Counted from the stretch's first letter, positions 21,230 through 32,804 are shown. The stretch: 32,804 nt of DNA from Chiloscyllium plagiosum (GCF_004010195.1 NC_057718.1:105230300-105263103), one strand, 5' to 3'. Translations and numbers: made by a program. Notes: generated from the letters alone by a model not told the origin.

Positions 21230-21641
21230 TGCCATGAAGCTGCTGCCACTTAATAAGAATGTCGTTTGCACTGGCTGCTTGGTCAGTGTGCTGCACTCCC
21301 ACTGCCATGAACCCAAGAAAGAGTGACGATTCTCTCTGAGTCACTAGTGATGCCAGGCAACAGCTTTAGTCTTCCCGCTGGTTAATCTGAACGAAAATTT
21401 ATTGACCTGAAGTAACAAATTACTGGAGATATAGCTGCTGCTCAAATAGTTTCTGGATACCCAGGTTTTGCAAAACAGTCTCTTTCCAATTTGTGTTTAA
21501 AGAAAAGGCTTGCGAATGTGACTTTTTTTCCTGCCACTAGGTATTTCCATTTATATCTCGAGGCAACAGGAATGTGCTTTTGGTGTAAAGCGACCACAAC
21601 CACAAACTTCACCTGGACAGACTCATGCAACTGTGTGCCTC

Positions 21642-22892
21642 AACACATTTGATTAGGGATAGTCAACACTGTTTTGTGAAGGATAGGTCGTGCCTCACAA
21701 ACCTTATTCAGTTATTTGAGAAGGTGACCAAACAGGTAGGTGAGGGTAAAGGGGTTGATGTGGTGTATATTGATTTCAGTAAGGCGTTTGATAAGGTTCC
21801 CCACAGTAGGCTATTGCACAAAGTACTGTGGAATGGGATTTAGCAATTTGGATCAGAAATTGGCTAGTTCAAAGAAGACAGAGGGTGATGGTTGATGGGA
21901 AATGTTCATCCTGGAGTTCAGTTACTTGTGGTGTACCTCAAGGATCTGTTTTGGGGCCACTGCTGTTTGTCATTTTTTACAAATGACCTGGATGAGGTCG
22001 TAGAAGGATGGGTTAGTAAATTTGCAGATGATACGAAGTTCGGTGGACGTGTGGATAGTGACGAAGGATGTTGCAGGTTACAGAGGGACATAGATAAGCT
22101 GCAGAACTGGGCTGAGAGGTAGCAAATGGAGTTTAATGTGGAAAAGTGTGAGGTGATTCGCTTTAGAAGCAACAGGAATAAAATATACTGGACTAATGGT
22201 AAGATTCTTGTTAGTGCAGATGAGCAGTGAGATCTCTGTGTCCATGTGCATAGATCCCTGAAAGTTGCCACCCAGGTTGATAAGGTTGTTAAGAAGGTGT
22301 ATAGTGTGTTGGCTTTCATTGGTAGAGGGATTGGAGTTTTGGAGCCATGAGGTCACGTTGCAGCTGTACAAAACTCTGGCGTGGCCACAACTGGCGGGTA
22401 TTGCCTGCACTTCTGGTCACCGCATTATAGGAAGGATGAAGAAGCGTTGGAAAGTGTTCAGAGGAGATTTACTAGGATGTTGCCTGGTGTGGAGAGAAGG
22501 TCTGATGAGGAAAGGCTGAGGAGCTTGAGGCTGTTTTCATTAGAGAGCAGGTTGAGAGGTGACTTAACTGAGACATAGAAGATATCAGAGGGTTAGATAG
22601 GGTGGACAGCGAGAGCCTTTTTCCTCAAATGGTGATGGCAAGCATATGGGGACATAATTTTAAATTGAGGGGTAATATAGCACAGAAGACAGAAGTAGGT
22701 TCTTTACTCAGTAATAGAGGCCTGCAACAGTAGTAGACTCACCAACTTTAAGGGCATTTAAATGGTCTTTGGATAAACACATGGACGAAAATGGTATAGC
22801 GTAGGTTAGATGGGCGTCAGATTGGTTCCACAGGTCAGCTCAAAATTGAGGGCCAAAGGGCCTGTACTGTGCTGTAATGTTCAATGTTCTAT
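21642..22892 (+). mobile_element. CR1 LINE, RT to 3' tail
   Basis: SQHCFVKDRSCLTNLIQLFEKVT..VDVVYIDFSKAFDKVPH, SKFADDTK and FWSPHYRKD..LESVQRRFTRMLPG. Tail gggccaaagggcctgtactgtgctgtaatgttcaatgttcta. Confidence 0.93.
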
Positions 22893-24735
22893 TTATTAGC
22901 AAGTGTTGTGAATTTGCATGGTACCATTTACTCTAGTGCAAATTTGATTGTTATATAACTTGTACATAATTAAATCTAAGCAAACTAGACTAAGTGCACA
23001 GAAAAATGTTGTCCTGACAGCTTTCATTTTGCACACAAAACTTATACAAGCTACTTTTCATAACTATATTTAAATTGTTCAGGAATTTTCCTTCTATTTC
23101 CTGACCAGTCAGCCAGAATTAAACTAGAGGACAGTCTTCAGCTCCTAAAATAAATCCTAACCTGTTCACTGGTGTGCTCACGGAATACATGTTCCTTTGT
23201 TAATGAACCAATACCATAACCCTCAACGTAGAAAATTCGGCAGTTGGACAAAATTAACTTGTGTGCTCCTGCAACATTAAAAACTTTAAATTGAGAAAAT
23301 ACTAAAAAAAAATAGATAATTTGTTCATCAAATTGCACTAGATAGTTGTTGTGCAGAAGTGTTATGAGAGTGCATTTAGAAATGCAAAAATATTGTTCAC
23401 ATTGAATGTTTTCATACAAAATCCAATATTTGGCAACAAACTTATCATAATTAATTTTAAATCAATTAACTATTTCAATACCATGATTATATATTTAAGG
23501 CATTGATAGTTGAATATAAAATAATGAAACTCTAATAAAAGCTATCCAGAAACAAAAAGGTGGGATATTTCAACAAACCAAAAACAGCATTTAGTTCCAG
23601 TCTTATTTGGTAAAATACTAATGGCTGCAAACTCATTTTTGTAATAGTGAACACTTCTCTCGAGATATTTCAATTGTTTTAAAGCAATATAATTTAGTCA
23701 TGATTGACAGTCTGTTTCAACAGTAACTGTGCAGTAAATGTGGCAACCATTCATTTAAACAAATTAAGGATATATATTTAGAGTGCACTGTTACTCCTGG
23801 TAATAATCTGGCTGCTAATGAATAAATAAACTATGGGATTTGTTCAAGGAGCCAAAGACCATGCTAAACAAAAATGTCATTTTATATTTCCAACTGAAAT
23901 TTTTTTTTTTACATTCCAGAAAAGTTGAATTAATGAATAAACAAAAATATTTTTCTGTCAGTTGAAGAATAATATTTTTTTAAAACAGGGCCGACAGAAA
24001 TGTAATACCTCTATTCCATGTACGTTGGGCCTTCTAAACATGAACATAGCTGCACTGTACTGATTTCTCAGCCAGATAGAAGAGCGAAACCGATTCCAGT
24101 TTCCAGCATCCAAACAGTTACTCAAAGCAATTTATAGCCAAAGCACTGTAAGCCAAGCTGGAGCAGAGCCGGCTAACTTCCAAAATGTGATACCAGCTAC
24201 CTAATAGTGAATTCATTGCCTCACCCCACTTACACAACATATTCTATTATTCATTATTTTCATCTGGGCCAATCATTTTAAAATAATATTAGAACAACCA
24301 CTGTATTGAAATAGTTAGTTAATTCTTCAAGATTACTGGGCAGGAAATTCTTCCATTACTTGCATTTAGAAGTTAAGGAAATTACTCCCCATCTGTTATG
24401 ATCAGTTTGCTCTTTAATTCGATCTATTAAAACTTTCATACCTTTTGAAAGTTTTAAAATGTTGTCGGTAATGTGCATTCCCTGACATAATTTTCATCCA
24501 GACAAGATACCAGAGGGTAACCAGTCCGTATGGAATCAGTGAATAATATCCTAGAAAGATATCTACAGCTTCTGGAGAAATGAAAGGACACGACATAACA
24601 GCCTCATTAGTCAATATGCAAAGTGATCTCAATCGCTCCCACATTTCAGTCGCCAAGAGCAAGTACGTCTGAATAGTGATCAATTGCATACTTAGTAGGC
24701 TCAGGTCTTATCTAGATTTAGAAGTCACACTGTCA

Positions 24736-26950
24736 AAGAGTCATACAGCATGGAAACAGATCCTTCGGCCCCAACTCATTAGCACCAACCAGAAATCCAA
24801 ATCTGACCAAGTCCCATTTGCCAGTATTTGGTCCATATCCCTCCAGGTGCCTTTTAAATGTTGTAATTGCACCTGTCTCCACCACTTCCTGTAGCAGCTC
24901 ATACCATACAAGCTCCAATGTCTTTGTGAATAAACTAACTCTCTGGTCCATTTTAAATCTTTCCCTTCTCACCCTAAACATACATCCTCTAGTTTTGGAC
25001 TCGCCTATCCTAGGAAACAAACCTTGACTATTCACTCTTTCCATGCCCCTCATGATTTTATAAACATCATCAACATAATCATCATCATCATCACTCAGTC
25101 TCTAACACTCCAAGGAAAAAAATGCCTGAGCCTATTCAGCCCTCCCTATAACTCAAACCCTCCAGTCCCAGGAACATGCTTGTAAACCTTTTCTGCGCCC
25201 TCTCAAGTTTAGTAAAATCCTTCCTATAAAAGCACAACTAGAATTGTATGCAATATTCCAAAAGTGGCCTCAGCATTGTCCTGTACAGCCCTAACATGAC
25301 ATCCCACATCCTATACTAAAGTTATGATCAATGAAGGCAAGATTGCCAAATGCCTTCTTCACCACGATCTACCTATGACTCTACTTGCAAGGAACTATGC
25401 ACCAGCACCCCTAGGTCTCTTTGCTTGACAACACTTCCCAGGAGCCAACCATAAACTGTACAAGTCCTGCCCTGGTTTGCCATACCAAAATGCAATAGCT
25501 CACATTTATCTAAAATAAACTCCATCTGCCATTCCCTGCCCATTTGCCTACTTGATCAGATGGGCCAAAGTGAAGACTGCAGATGCTGGAAACCAGAGTT
25601 TAGATTAGAGGGGTGCTGGAAAAGCACAGCAGGTCAGGCACCATCAGAGGAGCAGGAAAATCGACGTTTCGAGCAAAAGCCCTCCATTACTGATGAAGGG
25701 CTTTTGCCTGAAACGTCGATTTTCCTGCTCCTCGGATGTTGCCTGACCTGCTGTGCTTTTCCAGCACCGCTCTAATCTAAACCCCCATCTGATCAAGTTC
25801 CCATTGTACTTGGAGATAATCATCTTCACTGTCCACTACACCACCTATTTTGGTGTCATCTACAACCATATCTCCTGTATTCACATCCAAATCATTAATA
25901 TAAATGGTGAAAAGCAGTGGACCCAGCACCGATCCTTGTGGCACAGCACTGGTCACATACCTCTAGTCAGAAAAACCCTCCATCACCTACCTTCAAGCCA
26001 AAATAGCTAGCTCACTGTGGATCCCATCTGATCTAATCTTACTAAACAGTCTACCATGCTGCATCTTGTCAAACGCTTTGGTAAAGTCCACAGACAACAC
26101 CTATCAAACTCTGCCTTAATTAATTTTCATCACCTCTTCAAAAAAACTCAATCAAATTAGTGAAACACAATTTCCCACACACAAAGCCATGTTGACTGCC
26201 CCTAATCATGACCTTTCCAAATACATGTCAATCCTGTTCCTTATAATCCCCTTCAACAACTTACCCACTACTGATTCAAGGCCCACCAGTCTATAGTTCT
26301 CTGGCTTTCCTTACAGCCTTTCTTAAATATTGGTACATCATCCAACCTCCAGTCTTCTGGCACCTTGCCTGTGGCTATTGATGACAAGTATCTCAACAAG
26401 GGATCCAGCAATCCTTTCCCTAGTTTCACACAATGTTCTGGGAACCACCTGATCAGATCCCAGGGATTTATCTACCTTTCTGCATTTTAAGACCTCCAGC
26501 ATCACCTTTTCAGTAATATCAACTCTTTACATTCATTTCCTAAAGTTCCCTGGCTTCCAAGTCCTTCTCCATAGTAAATATTGACAACATATTTGTTTAG
26601 TACCTCACCCATCTCCTGTGGTTCCACACACAAACAGCCCGTTAAAGGGCCCTATTCTCTCCCCAATTATTCTTTTGCCCTTAATGTATTTATAGAATCT
26701 CTTTGGATTTTCCTTAATTCTATTCGCCAAAGCCATCTCATGCCACCTTTTGCCCTTCAGATTTCCCTCAAGTTTACTCCTACTGCCCTTATACTCTAAT
26801 AGGGATTCATTTAATCCCAGCTTGTCTATACCAGCTTGTCTATATGCCTTTTTCTTTATGTTGAATGAAGTATCAATTTCTCTAGTCATCCAACCTTGCC
26901 CTTCATACCAACTGGAACATACAGTCTCTAAACTCTCATTATCTTATTCT
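24736..26950 (-). mobile_element. CR1 LINE fragment ~2.2 kb, interrupted by the Penelope-like palindrome
   Basis: LFPRIGESKTRG..WYELLQEVVETGAITTFKRHLEG (24733-25053) and LANRIKENPKRFYKYIKGKR (26605-26889). Short (ATC)n run at ~25065-25092. Confidence 0.9.
25566..25782. mobile_element. Penelope-like terminal repeats in inverted arrangement, forming a 185-bp palindrome
   Basis: Arms 25598-25689 and 25691-25782 are near-perfect reverse complements about C25690. The + arm reads CTGATGA AGGGCTTTTGCCT GAAA CG TC GATT. Same repeat family as 32505-32604, which adjoins a GIY-YIG frame. Confidence 0.88.
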
Positions 26951-27613
26951 TAAAGCTGCTCTCTGATCAAACTAGAAGAGGAGAGTGGGAATCTGAGGAA
27001 AAGAGGACAAACTGATAGGGACTGCCAATAGTTAAGGAGAAACTCATGCCTTCCATATATTTCTTCTATTTTGAGTATCACATCTAGTGGTCATTCTTAA
27101 TTTGTGATCTGAATATGGTCACTAGCAGCACTTAATAAATTCCCAAATATATACACTAAAAACAAATTCTCTGGATTGCGAGCAGATATAGGAATTCCTG
27201 ATGATCATGTCACAACCCTGCACCATTAAGTAACCCGGCAGAGAGAGAGTAAAATTTTCTCTGCCTTTCTGGTTTAAGCACCAAATTCGCTCAACCACAG
27301 TGGCAACCTCAATACATTTATTCTTACAACCAGTTGGAACTGGTTGTTGCTGCAGCAGGGTGTGGGGTGAAGAGAATGAATGGCTAGTTCAACAGTCAAA
27401 TTAATTTTTGGTCAAAATTAAAATGCAAATCTTTTGTTACAAGTTTACTTTAGTCACCGTATGGCTGGTTAAGTGGTTTGAACATCACAAATGAATATTT
27501 AAGTAGAATATAACTCCTCCTCTTTTCTCCCCCATCAGAAGAACTTCACTTTTCATAATTTCATCAGAACCACTCACAGGCAACTGGAAAAGCATTTTCT
27601 TTTTTTTTTACTA

Positions 27614-28072
27614 AGAACAATGAAGCACAGGAACAGGCACTCCATCCCACCAAGCCTGCGCCAACACACAACACATTTCTAAATTAAAATCCTTTTGCCT
27701 CAATGTGGTCTATATCCCTCTATTGTCTGCTTTTTCATATATTTTGTAAGGTGCTGGAAGCATCTTATTGTATCTGCCTCTACCACCTCCTCTGGCAGCA
27801 CATTCCATACATTTACCACCTGTGTGGAAAAAAAAACTTACTTCTCACATCACCTTTAAATTCCCCCCTCTTTTACAAGGGAGTATAGACTTAAGGTAAT
27901 TTCTATCCTGGGAAAGAATCTCAGACTGTCCATTTCATCCATGCCCTTCAATTTTGTAAACTATTAGGTCACCCCTCAGCTACTGACATCCAAGTAAAAA
28001 CAAATCAAGTCTGCCCAATCTCTCCACATAGCTAATACCCTCCAAGCCAGGCAACATTCTGGTAAGCTTTTT
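27614..28072 (-). mobile_element. Decayed CR1 3' fragment (different tail subfamily)
   Basis: KLTRMLPGLEGISYVERLGRLDLF at ~27990-28070. Tail agaacaatgaagcacaggaacaggc on +. Confidence 0.8.
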
Positions 28073-28551
28073 TGCTTTGTTCACTCTGCTGTGTTTTCTT
28101 GGATGAAGAAAAATACATTGTCTGATCAAGGGGCATTTGTAGATAGGACTGCCAATTGCTGCAAAGACAAAACTGAACATGTAACAAGATAGATGGAATT
28201 GCACAGCTTTAAATGAAAACAGTAATAAGGTAGGCACTTGAAGTGGTAAAATCAAGCTAATCACAACGAATATGTTGAGTTGTAGCAATCATAAAGGCTC
28301 ATGAAAAAGGTAATAAGCTAAAATAATGAATTGGATAACAATTACCTCGTCCTTCCTATTCTAATTCTAAAATTAGATCAAGGGCAAAAAACAATTTATA
28401 CTTCTAATAAAACATAAATATATAAAAAAGATAAATGTGAACTTAAGTCATACTCTTTTCATTACTAAATTATAACTTTGCACCAATAAGCCAACAAGAA
28501 ATGGTTTATTCTCCCAAATGAAGATAACATCTATTCCCCTTGATCAACATT

Positions 28552-29050
28552 CATGCTCTGACACAGCAAGGAAACAGACCCTTTGGTCCAACTCATCCAT
28601 ACCAACCAGACATCCTAAATTAATCTAGTCCAATTTGCCAGCATTTAGCCCACATCCCTGTAAACCTCTCAAATTCAAGTACCCATGCTGATGCCTTTTA
28701 AATATTGTAATTGTACCAACCTCCACCACTTCCTGTGGAAGTTCATTCCAGTACATGCACCACACACTGCATGAAAAAGGTCTCTTAAATCTTTCCCCTC
28801 TCACCTTAAACTATACCCTCTAATTTTTGACTCCAGTACCCTGAGGAAAAGACGTTTGTGCATTCACCCTATGCCCCTCATGTTTTTAAAAATCCATAAC
28901 ATCACACCTCAGCCTCTGACACTCAAGGGAAAAATAGCCCTAGCCTATTCAGCCTTTCCCTATAGCTCAAACCCTCCAACATCCTTGTAAATCTTTTCTG
29001 AACCCTTTCAAATTTCACAACATTGTTCCTACAGAAGGGAGACCAGAATT
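28552..29050 (-). mobile_element. CR1 3' fragment
   Basis: ggaaacagaccctttggtccaactc...aatctagtcc...ctcaaaccctccaac...gaccagaatt is collinear with 31860-32375. Confidence 0.88.
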
Positions 29051-29223
29051 TTTTTATCAAGGTTATATTAAATTCCTATTCATCACAGAGATTAAATTCA
29101 AACTACAAGACTGAAAATATTTCAGTTATATGGTTTTCATCATTTTCATATTGATCATACTCTATCCTACATACTCATTTTTGCTGTTGCAGTCTACAAT
29201 TCTACTGTATGCACAGAACTTAC

Positions 29224-29331
29224 GGAATCTTCAGGTGCTTTTTGGATCTTCTCCCATTCTACTGAAGGACCTCTCCTCTGCAGCAAGCTTCGAAACAATT
29301 TCTGAAATCCCTCGATATCTTTCTTCATTTG
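29224..29331 (-). CDS. UGP2: UDP-glucose pyrophosphorylase exon (108 nt, equivalent to human exon 3)
   Basis: QMKKDIEGFQKLFRSLLQRRGPSVEWEKIQKAPEDS. Acceptor tttaag at 29332-29337, donor GTAAGT from 29223. Joins in frame to the IQSY exon. Confidence 0.93.
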
Positions 29332-29483
29332 CTTAAATACAAAACAATTATTATTAAACATTTTCAATTTTAATGTGACAGACATACTATACCACAAATA
29401 CTGCATAACAATTTTGCAACATTGTAAAGGAAGCAAGCTCAATTCCAAGAGAACCAAATTGTTTTCAGAAAAGGAAGAATATA

Positions 29484-29578
29484 TAGGGTTACAGGATGAA
29501 AGCAGGAGTATGATACTAAGTAAATTATTCCAACAGAGATCCAGCACAGACACGATGGGCTGAATGTCTCCTCATTGT
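29484..29578 (+). mobile_element. Short CR1 3'-tail relic
   Basis: agggttacagg..aaagcaggagt...cagcacagacacgatgggctgaatg follows the CR1 3'UTR pattern. Confidence 0.5.
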
Positions 29579-29584
29579 GAAAAC

Positions 29585-29864
29585 AGTTCAGTGGTGCTTC
29601 CACTGTTGTGCCTCAGCACCAGAGACTTAGGTTCGATTCCAGCCTCAGACAACAGTCTATGTGGAATTTGCACATTCTCCCTGTGTCTGCGTGGATTTCC
29701 TCTGGGTGCTCTGGTTTCCTTCCACAGTCCAAAGATGTGCAGGTTAGGTAGATTTTCCATGGGAAATACAGGGTTACAGGGATAGGGTAAGTCCTAGAAG
29801 GGATACTCTTCAGAGCGGTGGTGTGGGCTAAATGGCCTGCTTCCACCCTGTAGTGATTCTCTGA
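29585..29864 (+). mobile_element. HE1/V-SINE-type SINE
   Basis: B box GGTTCGATTCC, core tttgcacattctccc...ggtttccttccacagtccaaagatgtgcaggttagg, and tail gggctaaatggcctgcttcc. Homologous to 12138-12436. Confidence 0.88.
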
Positions 29865-30129
29865 ACCCTTTAAATATATAATACAGAACTGTTGATCTCT
29901 TGACATGCTCACTGCCCTCTAATTCTTTGATAGAAGAGGGTGACAAGAAGGGGCTGAAACTAGCACACTAATTTGTTTTAAAATGATAAACAGGTGCTTT
30001 AAGACAAAAGGTTTTGAATGTCACCAGTTATTCAACAGATGTGCCTACTGATTGGATAGTACCACCATTTCAAATCTGAATGATTGATAATAGTATAAAG
30101 TACACTCATCTAAAACTTAACACAGTACA

Positions 30130-31830
30130 AAATCATTATGGTACATGTCAGTCATTCAACATATTGAATGCATGCAGGTTTCCCATAGATCAATCCAGTC
30201 AGTCCACCCCACTGCTTGATCCCTTTAGTCACACAACTGTATTTCATTTAAGAGCCATTCTGTTGTCTTGTGAAAATGCTGACTACTGTTGCTTCGACAT
30301 TATGTTTTTTTTTGGTGGAGGCAGCAGGTTGCCAGTCATTACCTCTCACTGGGTAAATAAGCTGTTTATCCCTCTCTCCTTGCATCTCTTGCACAAAACC
30401 ATGAACATGTGTCCCCTAATCTTAATCTTCTCTGGTCCAAAGTGAACCATTCTAGTCTTCTAATTTAACCATTTCAATAACCCCACATTCCTGGAACCAT
30501 ACCAATAAATCTCCTGTGCTACCCTCTCAAGGACCCATACAGCCTTCCAAGTTAAATTAAGAGCAAAGTAGGTTACTCAGTGCCTCAAGACTGCTGAGCC
30601 ATTCAATCAGATTGCAACCAATCTGAATACTGTACATTATAGCATCCATACCGACCCTGACACCCCTCCATACCTTTCATCGCCTTGCTGATAAGAACGA
30701 ATTTACCTGTCTTAATATTCAGACTTTTTTTTCCACTATAAGTAAGACTTTTAAAAACTCTTAACATGCAGAAAAAATTATCCTTACCACTGTCATAAAT
30801 GGCTAACCCCTTATTCTTAAGCAGTGATTCAATGTCCGACATTATTTTCCTACAACAGGAAACATCCTTTCCATATTATTCTGTCAAGATCCAAGGAGCT
30901 TGTATCAAATCACCTCGTATTCTCCTAAACTCTAAATAATTCAAATCTAGCCTCCCCAACTTTTCCTTATTAGACAGACAATCTACCCATTCCAATTATT
31001 AATGTAGTCAACCTTCACTGAGCTACTCACACCTTATTTGCATATTTCCTTAAATAACTGGGCACAGTACTCCAGCTATGGTCTCACCACTGCAGATACG
31101 ATCTCCATAATTTGCATTCAATTTTCCTCACAATAAATGGTAACATTCTATTAGGTTTCCTATTTGCTTGCTGTACCTGCATGTTAATCTATTGTAACTG
31201 ATCAACAAGGTCACCCAGATCCCTCCAGATCAGCTATAAATTTTATCACCTGTTAAATAAACTTCCTATTATTCTTGCCAAAATTAATAATTTCACATTT
31301 TCCCACATTATTGTCCATTTGCCAGATTTTTGCCCACTCACCTATTTTCCTCTGCAGCCTCCTTATCTCTTCTTTAGAAAAGTTCCTTTTTTGCTCCCTT
31401 CATCAACAGATTTATAAATTGTAAAAAGTGAAGGCCCAGCACTGATCCATATGGCAAATCACTCTCATGGACAATCCACCTAACTAACCTGCACAATCTT
31501 TCCAACCAAAACAATTACCATTTGCTGCTTCTTGTCAGTCAATCTGCTATCCATGCCAATATGGTACCCACTACACTCGGGGCTTTTGTTTTCCACAATA
31601 AAATTTGACGGGGCACCAAAAGTACATCAACCAGTTCCCCTTTGCACACAGCAATTGTTGCTTCCTCAAATAATTCCAATACATTGAAATCTATGGAACA
31701 TTCCCCCATTCTTCTAAACTCTTCATTTGTTTAGCCATTCTTGCTGAGTTAACTCCTTCATCTCAGGAATCAGCCCCATGAATCTCTTTGGAACTGCCTC
31801 AATGCCAGTGTATCTTTTCTCAAATATAGG
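30130..31830 (-). mobile_element. Cluster of old, heavily decayed CR1 fragments (at least two elements)
   Basis: Reversed CR1 landmarks: agagcaaagtagg...ctgagccattcaatcagat (tail, ~30560), cacagtactccag...ggtctcacca, tcacattttcccacatt...tttgccagatttttgcccactcacc and aggcccagcactgatcc. Confidence 0.65.
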
Positions 31831-31842
31831 ACTTCCCTTTCA

Positions 31843-32503
31843 CATAGAGTCATAGAGATGTACAGCATGGAAACAGATCCTTCAGTCCAACTTGTCCATG
31901 CCGACCAGATATCCCAACCCAATCTAGTCCCACCTTATAGCACCCGGCCCATATCCCTCCAAACCCTTCCTATTCATATACCCATCCAAATGCCTCTTAA
32001 ATGTTGCAATTGTACCAGCCTCCACCACTTCCTCTGGCAGCTCATTCCTTACACGTACCACCCTGTGTGTGAAAACGTTGACCCTTAAGTCTCTTTTATA
32101 TCTTTCCCCTCTCACCCTAAACCTATGTCCTCTAGTTCTCGACTCCCCGATCCTAGGGAAAAGATTTTGTCTATTTATCCTATCCATGCCCCTCATAATT
32201 TTGTAAACCTCTATAAGGTCACCCTTCAGGCTCCAACGCTCCAGGGAAAACAGCCCCAGCCTGTTCAGCCTCTCCTTGTATCTCAAATCCTCCAACACTG
32301 GCAACATCCTTGTCAATCTTTTCTGAACCCTTTCAAGTTTCACAACATCTTTCCAATAGGAAGGAGACCAGAATTGCACGCAATATTCCAACAGTGGCCT
32401 AACCAATGTTTTGTACAGCCGCAACATGACCTCCCAACTCCTGTACTCAATACTCTGACCAATAAAGGAAAGCATACCAAACGCCTTCTTCACTATCCTA
32501 TCT
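31843..32503 (-). mobile_element. Well-preserved CR1 3' fragment with open ORF2 C-terminus
   Basis: Uninterrupted DRIVKKAFGMLSFIGQSIEYRSWEVMLRLYKTLVRPLLEYCVQFWSP...FKRHLDGYMNRKGLEGYGPGAIRWD* (to 31924). Octamer tail repeat catagagtcatagag. Confidence 0.95.
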
Positions 32504-32504
32504 T

Positions 32505-32604
32505 TGAGGAGAAAGTGAGGTCTGCAGATGCTGGAGATCAGAGATGGAAATGTGTTGCTGGAAAAGCGCAGGTCAGGCAGCATCTAGGGAACAGGAGAAT
32601 CGAC
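32505..32604 (-). mobile_element. Inverted Penelope-like terminal-repeat fragment
   Basis: aaagtgaggtctgcagatgctggaga...gctggaaaagcgcaggtcaggcagcat...aggagaatcgac is homologous to 25567-25665. Confidence 0.85.
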
Positions 32605-32606
32605 TT

Positions 32607-32804
32607 GGGGAGACGGGCCGCCTACTTGCGGAGCGTTTCAGGGAACACCTCTGGGACACCCGGACCAACCAACCCAACCACCCTGTAGCTCAACATTTCA
32701 ATTCCCCCTCCCACTCCACCAAGGATATGCAGGTCTTTGGACCCCTCCATCGTCAGACCACAGCGAAACAACGGTTGGAGGAAGAACGCCTCATCATCCG
32801 CCTA
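32607..32804 (+). mobile_element. Penelope-like element GIY-YIG endonuclease segment, 5'-truncated, running off the right edge; absent from the ORF track
   Basis: 66 stop-free codons: GETGRLLAERFREHLWDTRTNQPNHPVAQHFNSPSHSTKDMQVFGPLHRQTTAKQRLEEERLIIRL. Shows the (YI)GET, RxxEH, HF..H and RxxxE pattern of PLE GIY-YIG domains. Confidence 0.88.

Noticed and set aside
24414..24689. 91-aa minus-strand ORF in unique intron sequence, a possible cassette exon
   Set aside because: No recognisable homology or convincing splice-site pair; the flanking UGP2 exons already join in frame.
25560..25829. Two similar ORFs on opposite strands (CWKSTAGQA..EEQENRRF)
   Set aside because: Mirror translations of the palindrome arms, not genes.
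32125..32688. 187-aa + strand ORF
   Set aside because: Antisense shadow of CR1 ORF2 crossing two element junctions; the GIY-YIG is in a different frame.

Overview
Eukaryotic genomic DNA. The repeat content (HE1/V-SINE-type and SacSINE1/DeuSINE-type SINEs, dense CR1 LINEs) points to a cartilaginous fish, probably a shark; this is inference. The only host gene is UDP-glucose pyrophosphorylase (UGP2 or a close paralog) on the minus strand. Six internal coding exons are present with GT-AG boundaries (108, 186, 134, 298, 198 and 243 nt; 389 codons in one spliced frame), equivalent to human exons 3-8 as recalled. The first and last exons lie outside the window. The introns are mostly transposon debris: CR1 fragments, a 5'-intact but 3'-truncated L1, a second CR1/L2-group LINE family, an L2 relic, Tigger/pogo elements and tRNA-derived SINEs. 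The most notable signal is five short Penelope-like insertions carrying minimal hammerhead-ribozyme sequence. One has an intact core on the UGP2 sense strand, one forms a 185-bp palindrome centred on the first catalytic C with an inverted duplication of target DNA, and one is joined to an open GIY-YIG endonuclease frame. All five 5' breakpoints fall in or beside the ribozyme core. Hammerheads in Penelope-like elements are already known; the site-level geometry is what merits checking. No rRNA, true tRNA or CRISPR array was found. Repeat family names are from recall, and repeat boundaries are approximate unless a TSD or TIR is given.
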